A stretch of 64,000 nt of DNA from Asterias rubens (taxonomy: Eukaryota). Under the pieces are notes generated by a model. The model worked only from the letters and a program-made list of their open reading frames with translations. It ran no database searches and was not told where the DNA came from. How positions within the stretch are numbered: position 1 is the stretch's first letter; the number at the start of each line of letters is the position of its first letter. Made by a program: the position numbers and the translations under genes. The stretch is taken from assembly GCF_902459465.1 (NCBI RefSeq), contig NC_047071.1, forward strand, positions 5,394,001 through 5,458,000, written 5' to 3'. Below, piece after piece: positions 49,711 to 63,676 of the stretch.

Positions 49711-50307
49711 CTACTTCTTTGGCTTGGTGGTCTTCTTCGGCTTTGCTGCTTTGGTGGCCTTCTTTGCCTTTGGCTTTGGACTCTTTGCGGCTTTGCTGGG
49801 CTTGGCGACTTTCTTTGATGGCTTGGCTGCTGTTTTCTTGGCTGCAACTTTCTTGGTGGGTGTCATCTTGACGATTTTCTTTGGAGTCTTCTTCTTGGTT
49901 ATCTTGGTTTTCTTGGCCTTCTCCTTCTTGGCTGCGGCTTTCTCTGCTTTCTTGGCTTTCATCTCTGCTTTCTTTGCTTGATCCTTCTCTTTCTTGGCCT
50001 TGGCTCGTTCTTTGACCTTCTCCGCCTGTTCCTTGGCCTTGTCCTTTGCTGGGTCCAATTTGAATGAACCGGAAGCTCCCTTGCCCTTGGTCTGGATAAG
50101 AACTCCCTTCTGCACACCGGTATTGAGGGCTTTTCGGATGAAAACGGCCTGCCTGTCCATGTCGACTTGGAATGTGTCCTTGATGTACTTTCTGATGGCT
50201 TGACTGGACGAACCGTTTTTCTCCTTCAGTGCCACGATAGCGGCAACCACCATCTTGATTGCTGGAGGGTGGGCCCGAACGGTTGCAGACTTTTTCACGG
50301 TAGCCAT
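49711..50307 (-). CDS. H1: Histone H1 copy 4
   Basis: 198-aa ORF with stem-loop and promoter. Confidence 0.92.
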   Translation of the reverse strand: MATVKKSATVRAHPPAIKMVVAAIVALKEKNGSSSQAIRKYIKDTFQVDMDRQAVFIRKALNTGVQKGVLIQTKGKGASGSFKLDPAKDKAKEQAEKVKERAKAKKEKDQAKKAEMKAKKAEKAAAKKEKAKKTKITKKKTPKKIVKMTPTKKVAAKKTAAKPSKKVAKPSKAAKSPKPKAKKATKAAKPKKTTKPKK

Positions 50308-51369
50308 GATGATAGAGAGAGATGATGCAAGGGAATCGTTTCGTAAGAAGCTTTACAGCGAGCAATACTGATGAGACCCACCGGACCGTCAGCCTTTTTC
50401 AAGGGTCACGGGTGGCTCTGAGCAGCCCCTGGGTCCATTCACGCTGCTCAATCAACCGGCGAGGCTCGGCGGTTCGCGTGGAGCTGGAATTTACTCCAAT
50501 ATTAGTGTGTTTCATTTTTCTTCTGATTTGCAAAATTCTTGTTTAAAATAGCATCGGACAATTTCCCCATAACTGTAGATGTGTTGGTCAAGTTCTAACC
50601 TTTCCATGCATACAATTTTCTTTTACGAGGTCTCAATATCTAAGCCTGAAACGACCACTATGAAATGACATTGTTTCCGATAGTGAAATTTTATTCATTT
50701 TTTTGTCGCATATAATGTTACATCGATTTATGTAACATATGATTATTGCTTCAAATAATGATGATGATCTTAGCAAGTCAATTAATCCAATCACGCAATA
50801 GTTGTTGTAAAATTGTCTTGCGACAATTTCGAGAAACAAACTCGTTTTTGTTATTTGGGCATTATTGGTGCTTAAGGCAGTGGAGTCGCATGCAAGTTGA
50901 TACATTCTTACTATTTCCGCCCTTCTGTGTACCCCCCGTGTCTCTACTGCCCCCCTTCAGAAAACAAACAAACAAACTAACAAACACCGCATAGTTATGT
51001 AAATTGGTACGTTTGTTTACATCAAATTCATCGTGTTTCGCCATTTTGTTTTGTTGCATAATGCCCCCCTACATCACCGCTGCTTTTATGTAAACTTGTG
51101 AGTTTGTTTTTATTAGATCCATCGTTTTTCGCCATTTTGTTTCTGTTACATAGTGTTTTTGATCAAACTAGTTACTTATTTATGTAATGTTTATGTATTT
51201 AATATTTAGGATGTATTTTTTTTATCGAAACAAATAAATTATCTGCCGATGTGATTATTTAATTTTTCAATTATTTTTCCTAGACAAATGCAGGTAATAG
51301 TCTCTTTTTGTAAGTTGTGGCTCTGAAAAGAGCCGTTTGGTTTGGTTGATTGTCCCGGGTGGGAACTGA

Positions 51370-51966
51370 CTACTTCTTTGGCTTGGTGGTCTTCTTCGGC
51401 TTTGCTGCTTTGGTGGCCTTCTTTGCCTTTGGCTTTGGACTCTTTGCGGCTTTGCTGGGCTTGGCGACTTTCTTTGATGGCTTGGCTGCTGTTTTCTTGG
51501 CTGCAACTTTCTTGGTGGGTGTCTTCTTGACGATTTTCTTTGGAGTCTTCTTCTTGGTTATCTTGGTTTTCTTGGCCTTCTCCTTCTTGGCTGCGGCTTT
51601 CTCTGCTTTCTTGGCTTTCATCTCTGCTTTCTTTGCTTGATCCTTCTCTTTCTTGGCCTTGGCTCGTTCTTTGACCTTCTCCGCCTGTTCCTTGGCCTTG
51701 TCCTTTGCTGGGTCCAATTTGAATGAACCGGAAGCTCCCTTGCCCTTGGTCTGGATAAGAACTCCCTTCTGCACACCGGTATTGAGGGCTTTTCGGATGA
51801 AAACGGCCTGCCTGTCCATGTCGACTTGGAATGTGTCCTTGATGTACTTTCTGATGGCTTGACTGGACGAACCGTTTTTCTCCTTCAGTGCCACGATAGC
51901 GGCAACCACCATCTTGATTGCTGGAGGGTGGGCCCGAACGGTTGCAGACTTTTTCACGGTAGCCAT
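51370..51966 (-). CDS. H1: Histone H1 copy 5
   Basis: 198-aa ORF with stem-loop and promoter. Confidence 0.93.
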   Translation of the reverse strand: MATVKKSATVRAHPPAIKMVVAAIVALKEKNGSSSQAIRKYIKDTFQVDMDRQAVFIRKALNTGVQKGVLIQTKGKGASGSFKLDPAKDKAKEQAEKVKERAKAKKEKDQAKKAEMKAKKAEKAAAKKEKAKKTKITKKKTPKKIVKKTPTKKVAAKKTAAKPSKKVAKPSKAAKSPKPKAKKATKAAKPKKTTKPKK

Positions 51967-53030
51967 GATGATAGAGAGAGATGATGCGAGGGAATCGTTT
52001 CGTAAGAAGCTTTACAGCGAGCAATACTGATGAGACCCACCGGACCGTCAGCCTTTTTCAAGGGTCACGGGTGGCTCTGAGCAGCCCCTGGGTCCATTCA
52101 CGCTGCTCAATCAACCGGCGAGACTCGGCGGTTCGCGTGGAGCTGGAATTTACTCCAATATTAGTGTGTTTCATTTTTCTTCTGATTTGCAAAATTCTTG
52201 TTTAAAATAGCATCGGACAATTTCCCCATAACTGTAGATGTGTTGGTCAAGTTCTAACCTTTCCATGCATACAATTTTCTTTTACGAGGTCTCAATATCT
52301 AAGCCTGAAACGACCACTATGAAATGACATTGTTTCCGATAGTGAAATTTTATTCATTTTTTTGTCGCATATAATGTTACATCGATTTATGTAACATATG
52401 ATTATTGCTTCAAATAATGATGATGATCTTAGCAAGTCAATTAATCCAATCACGCAATAGTTGTTGTAAAATTGTCTTGCGACAATTTCGAGAAACAAAC
52501 TCGTTTTTGTTATTTGGGCATTATTGGTGCTTAAGGCAGTGGAGTCGCATGCAAGTTGATACATTCTTACTATTTCCGCCCTTCTGTGTACCCCCCCCGT
52601 GTCTCTACTGCCCCCCTTCAGAAAACAAACAAACAAACTAACAAACACCGCATAGTTATGTAAATTGGTACGTTTGTTTACATCAAATTCATCGTGTTTC
52701 GCCATTTTGTTTTGTTGCATAATGCCCCCCTACATCACCGCTGCTTTTATGTAAACTTGTGAGTTTGTTTTTATTAGATCCATCGTTTTTCGCCATTTTG
52801 TTTCTGTTACATAGTGTTTTTGATCAAACTAGTTACTTATTTATGTAATGTTTATGTATTTAATATTTAGGATGTATTTTTTTTATCGAAACAAATAAAT
52901 TATCTGCCGATGTGATTATTTAATTTTTCAATTATTTTTCCTAGACAAATGCAGGTAATAGTCTCTTTTTGTAAGTTGTGGCTCTGAAAAGAGCCGTTTG
53001 GTTTGGTTGATTGTCCCGGGTGGGAACTGA

Positions 53031-53627
53031 CTACTTCTTTGGCTTGGTGGTCTTCTTCGGCTTTGCTGCTTTGGTGGCCTTCTTTGCCTTTGGCTTTGGA
53101 CTCTTTGCGGCTTTGCTGGGCTTGGCGACTTTCTTTGATGGCTTGGCTGCTGTTTTCTTGGCTGCAACTTTCTTGGTGGGTGTCTTCTTGACGATTTTCT
53201 TTGGAGTCTTCTTCTTGGTTATCTTGGTTTTCTTGGCCTTCTCCTTCTTGGCTGCGGCTTTCTCTGCTTTCTTGGCTTTCATCTCTGCTTTCTTTGCTTG
53301 ATCCTTCTCTTTCTTGGCCTTGGCTCGTTCTTTGACCTTCTCCGCCTGTTCCTTGGCCTTGTCCTTTGCTGGGTCCAATTTGAATGAACCGGAAGCTCCC
53401 TTGCCCTTGGTCTGGATAAGAACTCCCTTCTGCACACCGGTATTGAGGGCTTTTCGGATGAAAACGGCCTGCCTGTCCATGTCGACTTGGAATGTGTCCT
53501 TGATGTACTTTCTGATGGCTTGACTGGACGAACCGTTTTTCTCCTTCAGTGCCACGATAGCGGCAACCACCATCTTGATTGCTGGAGGGTGGGCCCGAAC
53601 GGTTGCAGACTTTTTCACGGTAGCCAT
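53031..53627 (-). CDS. H1: Histone H1 copy 6
   Basis: 198-aa ORF with stem-loop and promoter. Confidence 0.93.
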   Translation of the reverse strand: MATVKKSATVRAHPPAIKMVVAAIVALKEKNGSSSQAIRKYIKDTFQVDMDRQAVFIRKALNTGVQKGVLIQTKGKGASGSFKLDPAKDKAKEQAEKVKERAKAKKEKDQAKKAEMKAKKAEKAAAKKEKAKKTKITKKKTPKKIVKKTPTKKVAAKKTAAKPSKKVAKPSKAAKSPKPKAKKATKAAKPKKTTKPKK

Positions 53628-54219
53628 GATGATAGAGAGAGATGATGCAAGGGAATCGTTTCGTAAGAAGCTTTACAGCGAGCAATACTGATGAGACCCA
53701 ACGGACCGTCAGCCTTTTTCAAGGGTCACGGGTGGCTCTGAGCAGCCCCTGGGTCCATTCACGCTGCTCAATCAACCGGCGAGACTCGGCGGTTCGCGTG
53801 GAGCTGGAATTTACTCCAATATTAGTGTGTTTCATTTTTCTTCTGATTTGCAAAATTCTTGTTTAAAATAGCATCGGACAATTTCCCCATAACTGTAGAT
53901 GTGTTGGTCAAGTTCTAACCTTTCCATGCATACAATTTTCTTTAACGAGGTCTCAATATCTAAGACTGAAACGACCACTATGAAATGACATTGTTTCCGA
54001 TAGTGAAATTTTATTCATTTTTTTGTCGCATATAATGTTACATCGATTTATGTAACATATGATTATTGCTTCAAATAATGATGATGATCTTAGCAAGTCA
54101 ATTAATCCAATCACGCAATAGTTGTTGTAAAATTGTCTTGCGACAATTTCGAGAAACAAACTCGTTTTTGTTATTTGGGCATTATTGGTGCTTAGGGCAG
54201 AAGTATGCAAGTTGATACA

Positions 54220-54345
54220 TTTCTTTGGCTTGGTGGTCTTCTTCGGCTTTGCTGCTTTGGTGGCCTTTTTTGCCTTTGGCTTTGGACTCTTTGCGGCTTT
54301 GCTGGGCTTGGCGACTTTCTTTGATGGCTTTTTCACGGTAGCCAT
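54220..54345 (-). pseudogene. H1: Histone H1 copy 7: in-frame deletion of residues 7-162; stop and stem-loop lost
   Basis: MATVKK|PSKKVAK...KPKK, then reads into spacer sequence; the promoter is intact. Confidence 0.9.
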
Positions 54346-55406
54346 GATGATAGAGAGAGATGATGCGAGGGAATCGTTTCGTAAGAAGCTTTACAGCGAG
54401 CAATACTGATGAGACCCACCGGACCGTCAGCCTTTTTCAAGGGTCACGGGTGGCTCTGAGCAGCCCCTGGGTCCATTCACGCTGCTCAATCAACCGGCGA
54501 GACTCGGCGGTTCGCGTGGAGCTGGAATTTACTCCAATATTAGTGTGTTTCATTTTTCTTCTGATTTGCAAAATTCTTGTTTAAAATAGCATCGGACAAT
54601 TTCCCCATAACTGTAGATGTGTTGGTCAAGTTCTAACCTTTCCATGCATACAATTTTCTTTTACGAGGTCTCAATATCTAAGCCTGAAACGACCACTATG
54701 AAATGACATTGTTTCCGATAGTGAAATTTTATTCATTTTTTTGTCGCATATAATGTTACATCGATTTATGTAACATATGATTATTGCTTCAAATAATGAT
54801 GATGATCTTGGCAAGTCAATTAATCCAATCACGCAATAGTTGTTGTAAAATTGTCTTGCGACTATTTCGAGAAACAAACTCGTTTTTGTTATTTGGGCAT
54901 TATTGGTGCTTAAGGCAGTGGAGTCGCATGCAAGTTGATACATTCTTACTATTTCCGCCCTTCTGTGTACCCCCCGTGTCTCTACTGCCCCCCTTCAGAA
55001 AACAAACAAACAAACTAACAAACACCGCATAGTTATGTAAATTGGTACGTTTGTTTACATCAAATTCATCGTGTTTCGCCATTTTGTTTTGTTGCATAAT
55101 GCCCCCCTACATCACCGCTGCTTTTATGTAAACTTGTGAGTTTGTTTTTATTAGATCCATCGTTTTTCGCCATTTTGTTTCTGTAACATAGTGTTTTTGA
55201 TCAAACTAGTTACTTATTTATGTAATGTTTATGTATTTGATATTAAGGATGTATTTTTTTTATCGAAACAAATAAATTATCTGCCGATGTGATTATTTAA
55301 TTTTTCAATTATTTTTCCTAGACAAATGCAGGTAATAGTCTCTTTTTGTAAGTTGTGGCTCTGAAAAGAGCCGTTTGGTTTGGTTGATTGTCCCTGTGGG
55401 AACTGA

Positions 55407-56003
55407 CTACTTCTTTGGCTTGGTGGTCTTCTTCGGCTTTGCTGCTTTGGTGGCCTTCTTTGCCTTTGGCTTTGGACTCTTTGCGGCTTTGCTGGGCTTG
55501 GCGACTTTCTTTGATGGCTTGGCTGCTGTTTTCTTGGCTGCAACTTTCTTGGTGGGTGTCTTCTTGACGATTTTCTTTGGAGTCTTCTTCTTGGTTATCT
55601 TGGTTTTCTTGGCCTTCTCCTTCTTGGCTGCGGCTTTCTCTGCTTTCTTGGCTTTCATCTCTGCTTTCTTTGCTTGATCCTTCTCTTTCTTGGCCTTGGC
55701 TCGTTCTTTGACCTTCTCCGCCTGTTCCTTGGCCTTGTCCTTTGCTGGGTCCAATTTGAATGAACCGGAAGCTCCCTTGCCCTTGGTCTGGATAAGAACT
55801 CCCTTCTGCACACCGGTATTGAGGGCTTTTCGGATGAAAACGGCCTGCCTGTCCATGTCGACTTGGAATGTGTCCTTGATGTACTTTCTGATGGCTTGAC
55901 TGGACGAACCGTTTTTCTCCTTCAGTGCCACGATAGCGGCAACCACCATCTTGATTGCTGGAGGGTGGGCCCGAACGGTTGCAGACTTTTTCACGGTAGC
56001 CAT
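55407..56003 (-). CDS. H1: Histone H1 copy 8
   Basis: 198-aa ORF with stem-loop and promoter. Confidence 0.93.
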   Translation of the reverse strand: MATVKKSATVRAHPPAIKMVVAAIVALKEKNGSSSQAIRKYIKDTFQVDMDRQAVFIRKALNTGVQKGVLIQTKGKGASGSFKLDPAKDKAKEQAEKVKERAKAKKEKDQAKKAEMKAKKAEKAAAKKEKAKKTKITKKKTPKKIVKKTPTKKVAAKKTAAKPSKKVAKPSKAAKSPKPKAKKATKAAKPKKTTKPKK

Positions 56004-57064
56004 GATGATAGAGAGAGATGATGCAAGGGAATCGTTTCGTAAGAAGCTTTACAGCGAGCAATACTGATGAGACCCACCGGACCGTCAGCCTTTTTCAAGG
56101 GTCACGGGTGGCTCTGAGCAGCCCCTGGGTCCATTCACGCTGCTCAATCAACCGGCGAGACTCGGCGGTTCGCGTGGAGCTGGAATTTACTCCAATATTA
56201 GTGTGTTTCATTTTTCTTCTGATTTGCAAAATTCTTGTTTAAAATAGCATCGGACAATTTCCCCATAACTGTAGATGTGTTGGTCAAGTTCTAACCTTTC
56301 CATGCATACAATTTTCTTTAACGAGGTCTCAATATCTAAGCCTGAAACGACCACTATGAAATGACATTGTTTCCGATAGTGAAATTTTATTCATTTTTTT
56401 GTCGCATATAATGTTACATCGATTTATGTAACATATGATTATTGCTTCAAATAATGATGATGATCTTAGCAAGTCAATTAATCCAATCACGCAATAGTTG
56501 TTGTAAAATTGTCTTGCGACAATTTCGAGAAACAAACTCGTTTTTGTTATTTGGGCATTATTGGTGCTTAAGGCAGTGGAGTCGCATGCAAGTTGATACA
56601 TTCTTACTATTTCCGCCCTTCTGTGTACCCCCCGTGTCTCTACTGCCCCCCTTCAGAAAACAAACAAACAAACTAACAAACACCGCATAGTTATGTAAAT
56701 TGGTACGTTTGTTTACATCAAATTCATCGTGTTTCGCCATTTTGTTTTGTTGCATAATGCCCCCCTACATCACCGCTGCTTTTATGTAAACTTGTGAGTT
56801 TGTTTTTATTAGATCCATCGTTTTTCGCCATTTTGTTTCTGTAACATAGTGTTTTTGATCAAACTAGTTACTTATTTATGTAATGTTTATGTATTTAATA
56901 TTTGGATGTATTTTTTTTAACGAAACAAATAAATTATCTGCCGATGTGATTATTTAATTTTTCAATTATTTTTCCTAGACAAATGCAGGTAATAGTCTCT
57001 TTTTGTAAGTTGTGGCTCTGAAAAGAGCCGTTTGGTTTGGTTGATTGTCCCGGGTGGGAACTGA

Positions 57065-57661
57065 CTACTTCTTTGGCTTGGTGGTCTTCTTCGGCTTTGC
57101 TGCTTTGGTGGCCTTCTTTGCCTTTGGCTTTGGACTCTTTGCGGCTTTGCTGGGCTTGGCGACTTTCTTTGATGGCTTGGCTGCTGTTTTCTTGGCTGCA
57201 ACTTTCTTGGTGGGTGTCTTCTTGACGATTTTCTTTGGAGTCTTCTTCTTGGTTATCTTGGTTTTCTTGGCCTTCTCCTTCTTGGCTGCGGCTTTCTCTG
57301 CTTTCTTGGCTTTCATCTCTGCTTTCTTTGCTTGATCCTTCTCTTTCTTGGCCTTGGCTCGTTCTTTGACCTTCTCCGCCTGTTCCTTGGCCTTGTCCTT
57401 TGCTGGGTCCAATTTGAATGAACCGGAAGCTCCCTTGCCCTTGGTCTGGATAAGAACTCCCTTCTGCACACCGGTATTGAGGGCTTTTCGGATGAAAACG
57501 GCCTGCCTGTCCATGTCGACTTGGAATGTGTCCTTGATGTACTTTCTGATGGCTTGACTGGACGAACCGTTTTTCTCCTTCAGTGCCACGATAGCGGCAA
57601 CCACCATCTTGATTGCTGGAGGGTGGGCCCGAACGGTTGCAGACTTTTTCACGGTAGCCAT
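57065..57661 (-). CDS. H1: Histone H1 copy 9
   Basis: 198-aa ORF with stem-loop and promoter. Confidence 0.93.
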   Translation of the reverse strand: MATVKKSATVRAHPPAIKMVVAAIVALKEKNGSSSQAIRKYIKDTFQVDMDRQAVFIRKALNTGVQKGVLIQTKGKGASGSFKLDPAKDKAKEQAEKVKERAKAKKEKDQAKKAEMKAKKAEKAAAKKEKAKKTKITKKKTPKKIVKKTPTKKVAAKKTAAKPSKKVAKPSKAAKSPKPKAKKATKAAKPKKTTKPKK

Positions 57662-58697
57662 GATGATAGAGAGAGATGATGCAAGGGAATCGTTTCGTAA
57701 GAAGCTTTACAGCGAGCAATACTGATGAGACCCACCGGACCGTCAGCCTTTTTCAAGGGTCACGGGTGGCTCTGAGCAGCCCCTGGGTCCATTCACGCTG
57801 CTCAATCAACCGGCGAGACTCGGTGGTTCGCGTGGAGCTGGAATTTACTCCAATATTAGTGTGTTTCATTTTTCTTCTGATTTGCAAAATTCTTGTTTAA
57901 AATAGCATCGGACAATTTCCCCATAACTGTAGATGTGTTGGTCAAGTTCTAACCTTTCCATGCATACAATTTTCTTTACCGACCACTATGAAATGACATT
58001 GTTTCCGATAGTGAAATTTTATTCATTTTTTTGTCGCATATAATGTTACATCGATTTATGTAACATATGATTATTGCTTCAAATAATGATGATGATCTTA
58101 GCAAGTCAATTAATCCAATCACGCAATAGTTGTTGTAAAATTGTCTTGCGACAATTTCGAGAAACAAACTCGTTTTTGTTATTTGGGCATTATTGGTGCT
58201 TAAGGCAGTGGAGTCGCATGCAAGTTGATACATTCTTACTATTTCCGCCCTTCTGTGTACCCCCCGTGTCTCTACTGCCCCCCTTCAGAAAACAAACAAA
58301 CAAACTAACAAACACCGCATAGTTATGTAAATTGGTACGTTTGTTTACATCAAATTCATCGTGTTTCGCCATTTTGTTTTGTTGCATAATGCCCCCCTAC
58401 ATCACCGCTGCTTTTATGTAAACTTGTGAGTTTGTTTTTATTAGATCCATCGTTTTTCGCCATTTTGTTTCTGTTACATAGTGTTTTTGATCAAACTAGT
58501 TACTTATTTATGTAATGTTTATGTATTTAATATTTTGGATGTATTTTTTTTATCGAAACAAATAAATTATCTGCCGATGTGATTATTTAATTTTTCAATT
58601 ATTTTTCCTAGACAAATGCAGGTAATAGTCTCTTTTTGTAAGTTGTGGCTCTGAAAAGAGCCGTTTGGTTTGGTTGATTGTCCCGGGTGGGAACTGA

Positions 58698-59294
58698 CTA
58701 CTTCTTTGGCTTGGTGGTCTTCTTCGGCTTTGCTGCTTTGGTGGCCTTCTTTGCCTTTGGCTTTGGACTCTTTGCGGCTTTGCTGGGCTTGGCGACTTTC
58801 TTTGATGGCTTGGCTGCTGTTTTCTTGGCTGCAACTTTCTTGGTGGGTGTCTTCTTGACGATTTTCTTTGGAGTCTTCTTCTTGGTTATCTTGGTTTTCT
58901 TGGCCTTCTCCTTCTTGGCTGCGGCTTTCTCTGCTTTCTTGGCTTTCATCTCTGCTTTCTTTGCTTGATCCTTCTCTTTCTTGGCCTTGGCTCGTTCTTT
59001 GACCTTCTCCGCCTGTTCCTTGGCCTTGTCCTTTGCTGGGTCCAATTTGAATGAACCGGAAGCTCCCTTGCCCTTGGTCTGGATAAGAACTCCCTTCTGC
59101 ACACCGGTATTGAGGGCTTTTCGGATGAAAACGGCCTGCCTGTCCATGTCGACTTGGAATGTGTCCTTGATGTACTTTCTGATGGCTTGACTGGACGAAC
59201 CGTTTTTCTCCTTCAGTGCCACGATAGCGGCAACCACCATCTTGATTGCTGGAGGGTGGGCCCGAACGGTTGCAGACTTTTTCACGGTAGCCAT
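58698..59294 (-). CDS. H1: Histone H1 copy 10
   Basis: 198-aa ORF with stem-loop and promoter. Confidence 0.93.
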   Translation of the reverse strand: MATVKKSATVRAHPPAIKMVVAAIVALKEKNGSSSQAIRKYIKDTFQVDMDRQAVFIRKALNTGVQKGVLIQTKGKGASGSFKLDPAKDKAKEQAEKVKERAKAKKEKDQAKKAEMKAKKAEKAAAKKEKAKKTKITKKKTPKKIVKKTPTKKVAAKKTAAKPSKKVAKPSKAAKSPKPKAKKATKAAKPKKTTKPKK

Positions 59295-60355
59295 GATGAT
59301 AGAGAGAGATGATGCAAGGGAATCGTTTCGTAAGAAGCTTTACAGCGAGCAATACTGATGAGACCCACCGGACCGTCAGCCTTTTTCAAGGGTCACGGGT
59401 GGCTCTGAGCAGCCCCTGGGTCCATTCACGCTGCTCAATCAACCGGCGAGACTCGGCGGTTCGCGTGGAGCTGGAATTTACTCCAATATTAGTGTGTTTC
59501 ATTTTTCTTCTGATTTGCAAAATTCTTGTTTAAAATAGCATCGGACAATTTCCCCATAACTGTAGATGTGTTGGTCAAGTTCTAACCTTTCCATGCATAC
59601 AATTTTCTTTAACGAGGTCTCAATATCTAAGCCTGAAACGACCACTATGAAATGACATTGTTTCCGATAGTGAAATTTTATTCATTTTTTTGTCGCATAT
59701 AATGTTACATCGATTTATGTAACATATGATTATTGCTTCAAATAATGATGATGATCTTAGCAAGTCAATTAATCCAATCACGCAATAGTTGTTGTAAAAT
59801 TGTCTTGCGACAATTTCGAGAAACAAACTCGTTTTTGTTATTTGGGCATTATTGGTGCTTAAGGCAGTGGAGTCGCATGCAAGTTGATACATTCTTACTA
59901 TTTCCGCCCTTCTGTGTACCCCCCGTGTCTCTACTGCCCCCCTTCAGAAAACAAACAAACAAACTAACAAACACCGCATATTTATGTAAATTGGTACGTT
60001 TGTTTACATCAAATTCATCGTGTTTCGCCATTTTGTTTTGTTGCATAATGCCCCCCTACATCACCGCTGCTTTTATGTAAACTTGTGGTTTGTTTTTATT
60101 AGATCCATCGTTTTTCGCCATTTTGTTTCTGTTACATAGTGTTTTTGATCAAACTAGTTACTTATTTATGTAATGTTTATGTATTTAATATTTTGGATGT
60201 ATTTTTTTTATCGAAACAAATAAATTATCTGCCGATGTGATTATTTAATTTTTCAATTATTTTTCCTAGACAAATGCAGGTAATAGTCTCTTTTTGTAAG
60301 TTGTGGCTCTGAAAAGAGCCGTTTGGTTTGGTTGATTGTCCCGGGTGGGAACTGA

Positions 60356-60952
60356 CTACTTCTTTGGCTTGGTGGTCTTCTTCGGCTTTGCTGCTTTGGT
60401 GGCCTTCTTTGCCTTTGGCTTTGGACTCTTTGCGGCTTTGCTGGGCTTGGCGACTTTCTTTGATGGCTTGGCTGCTGTTTTCTTGGCTGCAACTTTCTTG
60501 GTGGGTGTCTTCTTGACGATTTTCTTTGGAGTCTTCTTCTTGGTTATCTTGGTTTTCTTGGCCTTCTCCTTCTTGGCTGCGGCTTTCTCTGCTTTCTTGG
60601 CTTTCATCTCTGCTTTCTTTGCTTGATCCTTCTCTTTCTTGGCCTTGGCTCGTTCTTTGACCTTCTCCGCCTGTTCCTTGGCCTTGTCCTTTGCTGGGTC
60701 CAATTTGAATGAACCGGAAGCTCCCTTGCCCTTGGTCTGGATAAGAACTCCCTTCTGCACACCGGTATTGAGGGCTTTTCGGATGAAAACGGCCTGCCTG
60801 TCCATGTCGACTTGGAATGTGTCCTTGATGTACTTTCTGATGGCTTGACTGGACGAACCGTTTTTCTCCTTCAGTGCCACGATAGCGGCAACCACCATCT
60901 TGATTGCTGGAGGGTGGGCCCGAACGGTTGCAGACTTTTTCACGGTAGCCAT
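60356..60952 (-). CDS. H1: Histone H1 copy 11
   Basis: 198-aa ORF with stem-loop and promoter. Confidence 0.93.
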   Translation of the reverse strand: MATVKKSATVRAHPPAIKMVVAAIVALKEKNGSSSQAIRKYIKDTFQVDMDRQAVFIRKALNTGVQKGVLIQTKGKGASGSFKLDPAKDKAKEQAEKVKERAKAKKEKDQAKKAEMKAKKAEKAAAKKEKAKKTKITKKKTPKKIVKKTPTKKVAAKKTAAKPSKKVAKPSKAAKSPKPKAKKATKAAKPKKTTKPKK

Positions 60953-62016
60953 GATGATAGAGAGAGATGATGCGAGGGAATCGTTTCGTAAGAAGCTTTA
61001 CAGCGAGCAATACTGATGAGACCCACCGGACCGTCAGCCTTTTTCAAGGGTCACGGGTGGCTCTGAGCAGCCCCTGGGTCCATTCACGCTGCTCAATCAA
61101 CCGGCGAGACTCGGCGGTTCGCGTGGAGCTGGAATTTACTCCAATATTAGTGTGTTTCATTTTTCTTCTGATTTGCAAAATTCTTGTTTAAAATAGCATC
61201 GGACAATTTCCCCATAACTGTAGATGTGTTGGTCAAGTTCTAACCTTTCCATGCATACAATTTTCTTTAACGAGGTCTCAATATCTAAGCCTGAAACGAC
61301 CACTATGAAATGACATTGTTTCCGATAGTGAAATTTTATTCATTTTTTTGTCGCATATAATGTTACATCGATTTATGTAACATATGATTATTGCTTTAAA
61401 TAATGATGATGATCTTAGCAAGTCAATTAATCCAATCACGCAATAGTTGTTGTAAAATTGTCTTGCGACAATTTCGAGAAACAAACTCGTTTTTGTTATT
61501 TGGGCATTATTGGTGCTTAAGGCAGTGGAGTCGCATGCAAGTTGATACATTCTTACTATTTCCGCCCTTCTGTGTACCCCCCCCGTGTCTCTACTGCCCC
61601 CCTTCAGAAAACAAACAAACAAACTAACAAACACCGCATAGTTATGTAAATTGGTACGTTTGTTTACATCAAATTCATCGTGTTTCGCCATTTTGTTTTG
61701 TTGCATAATGCCCCCCTACATCACCGCTGCTTTTATGTAAACTTGTGAGTTTGTTTTTATTAGATCCATCGTTTTTCGCCATTTTGTTTCTGTTACATAG
61801 TGTTTTTGATCAAACTAGTTACTTATTTATGTAATGTTTATGTATTTAATATTTTGGATGTATTTTTTTTATCGAAACAAATAAATTATCTGCCGATGTG
61901 ATTATTTAATTTTTCAATTATTTTTCCTAGACAAATGCAGGTAATAGTCTCTTTTTGTAAGTTGTGGCTCTGAAAAGAGCCGTTTGGTTTGGTTGATTGT
62001 CCCGGGTGGGAACTGA

Positions 62017-62613
62017 CTACTTCTTTGGCTTGGTGGTCTTCTTCGGCTTTGCTGCTTTGGTGGCCTTCTTTGCCTTTGGCTTTGGACTCTTTGCGGCTTT
62101 GCTGGGCTTGGCGACTTTCTTTGATGGCTTGGCTGCTGTTTTCTTGGCTGCAACTTTCTTGGTGGGTGTCTTCTTGACGATTTTCTTTGGAGTCTTCTTC
62201 TTGGTTATCTTGGTTTTCTTGGCCTTCTCCTTCTTGGCTGCGGCTTTCTCTGCTTTCTTGGCTTTCATCTCTGCTTTCTTTGCTTGATCCTTCTCTTTCT
62301 TGGCCTTGGCTCGTTCTTTGACCTTCTCCGCCTGTTCCTTGGCCTTGTCCTTTGCTGGGTCCAATTTGAATGAACCGGAAGCTCCCTTGCCCTTGGTCTG
62401 GATAAGAACTCCCTTCTGCACACCGGTATTGAGGGCTTTTCGGATGAAAACGGCCTGCCTGTCCATGTCGACTTGGAATGTGTCCTTGATGTACTTTCTG
62501 ATGGCTTGACTGGACGAACCGTTTTTCTCCTTCAGTGCCACGATAGCGGCAACCACCATCTTGATTGCTGGAGGGTGGGCCCGAACGGTTGCAGACTTTT
62601 TCACGGTAGCCAT
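62017..62613 (-). CDS. H1: Histone H1 copy 12
   Basis: 198-aa ORF with stem-loop and promoter. Confidence 0.93.
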   Translation of the reverse strand: MATVKKSATVRAHPPAIKMVVAAIVALKEKNGSSSQAIRKYIKDTFQVDMDRQAVFIRKALNTGVQKGVLIQTKGKGASGSFKLDPAKDKAKEQAEKVKERAKAKKEKDQAKKAEMKAKKAEKAAAKKEKAKKTKITKKKTPKKIVKKTPTKKVAAKKTAAKPSKKVAKPSKAAKSPKPKAKKATKAAKPKKTTKPKK

Positions 62614-63676
62614 GATGATAGAGAGAGATGATGCGAGGGAATCGTTTCGTAAGAAGCTTTACAGCGAGCAATACTGATGAGACCCACCGGACCGTCAGCC
62701 TTTTTCAAGGGTCACGGGTGGCTCTGAGCAGCCCCTGGGTCCATTCACGCTGCTCAATCAACCGGCGAGACTCGGCGGTTCGCGTGGAGCTGGAATTTAC
62801 TCCAATATTAGTGTGTTTCATTTTTCTTCTGATTTGCAAAATTCTTGTTTAAAATAGCATCGGACAATTTCCCCATAACTGTAGATGTGTTGGTCAAGTT
62901 CTAACCTTTCCATGCATACAATTTTCTTTAACGAGGTCTCAATATCTAAGCCTGAAACGACCACTATGAAATGACATTGTTTCCGATAGTGAAATTTTAT
63001 TCATTTTTTTGTCGCATATAATGTTACATCGATTTATGTAACATATGATTATTGCTTCAAATAATGATGATGATCTTAGCAAGTCAATTAATCCAATCAC
63101 GCAATAGTTGTTGTAAAATTGTCTTGCGACAATTTCGAGAAACAAACTCGTTTTTGTTATTTGGGCATTATTGGTGCTTAAGGCAGTGGAGTCGCATGCA
63201 AGTTGATACATTCTTACTATTTCCGCCCTTCTGTGTACCCCCCCGTGTCTCTACTGCCCCCCTTCAGAAAACAAACAAACAAACTAACAAACACCGCATA
63301 TTTATGTAAATTGGTACGTTTGTTTACATCAAATTCATCGTGTTTCGCCATTTTGTTTTGTTGCATAATGCCCCCCTACATCACCGCTGCTTTTATGTAA
63401 ACTTGTGGGTTTGTTTTTATTAGATCCATCGTTTTTCGCCATTTTGTTTCTGTTACATAGTGTTTTTGATCAAACTAGTTACTTATTTATGTAATGTTTA
63501 TGTATTTAATATTTTGGATGTATTTTTTTTATCGAAACAAATAAATTATCTGCCGATGTGATTATTTAATTTTTCAATTATTTTTCCTAGACAAATGCAG
63601 GTAATAGTCTCTTTTTGTAAGTTGTGGCTCTGAAAAGAGCCGTTTGGTTTGGTTGATTGTCCCGGGTGGGAACTGA

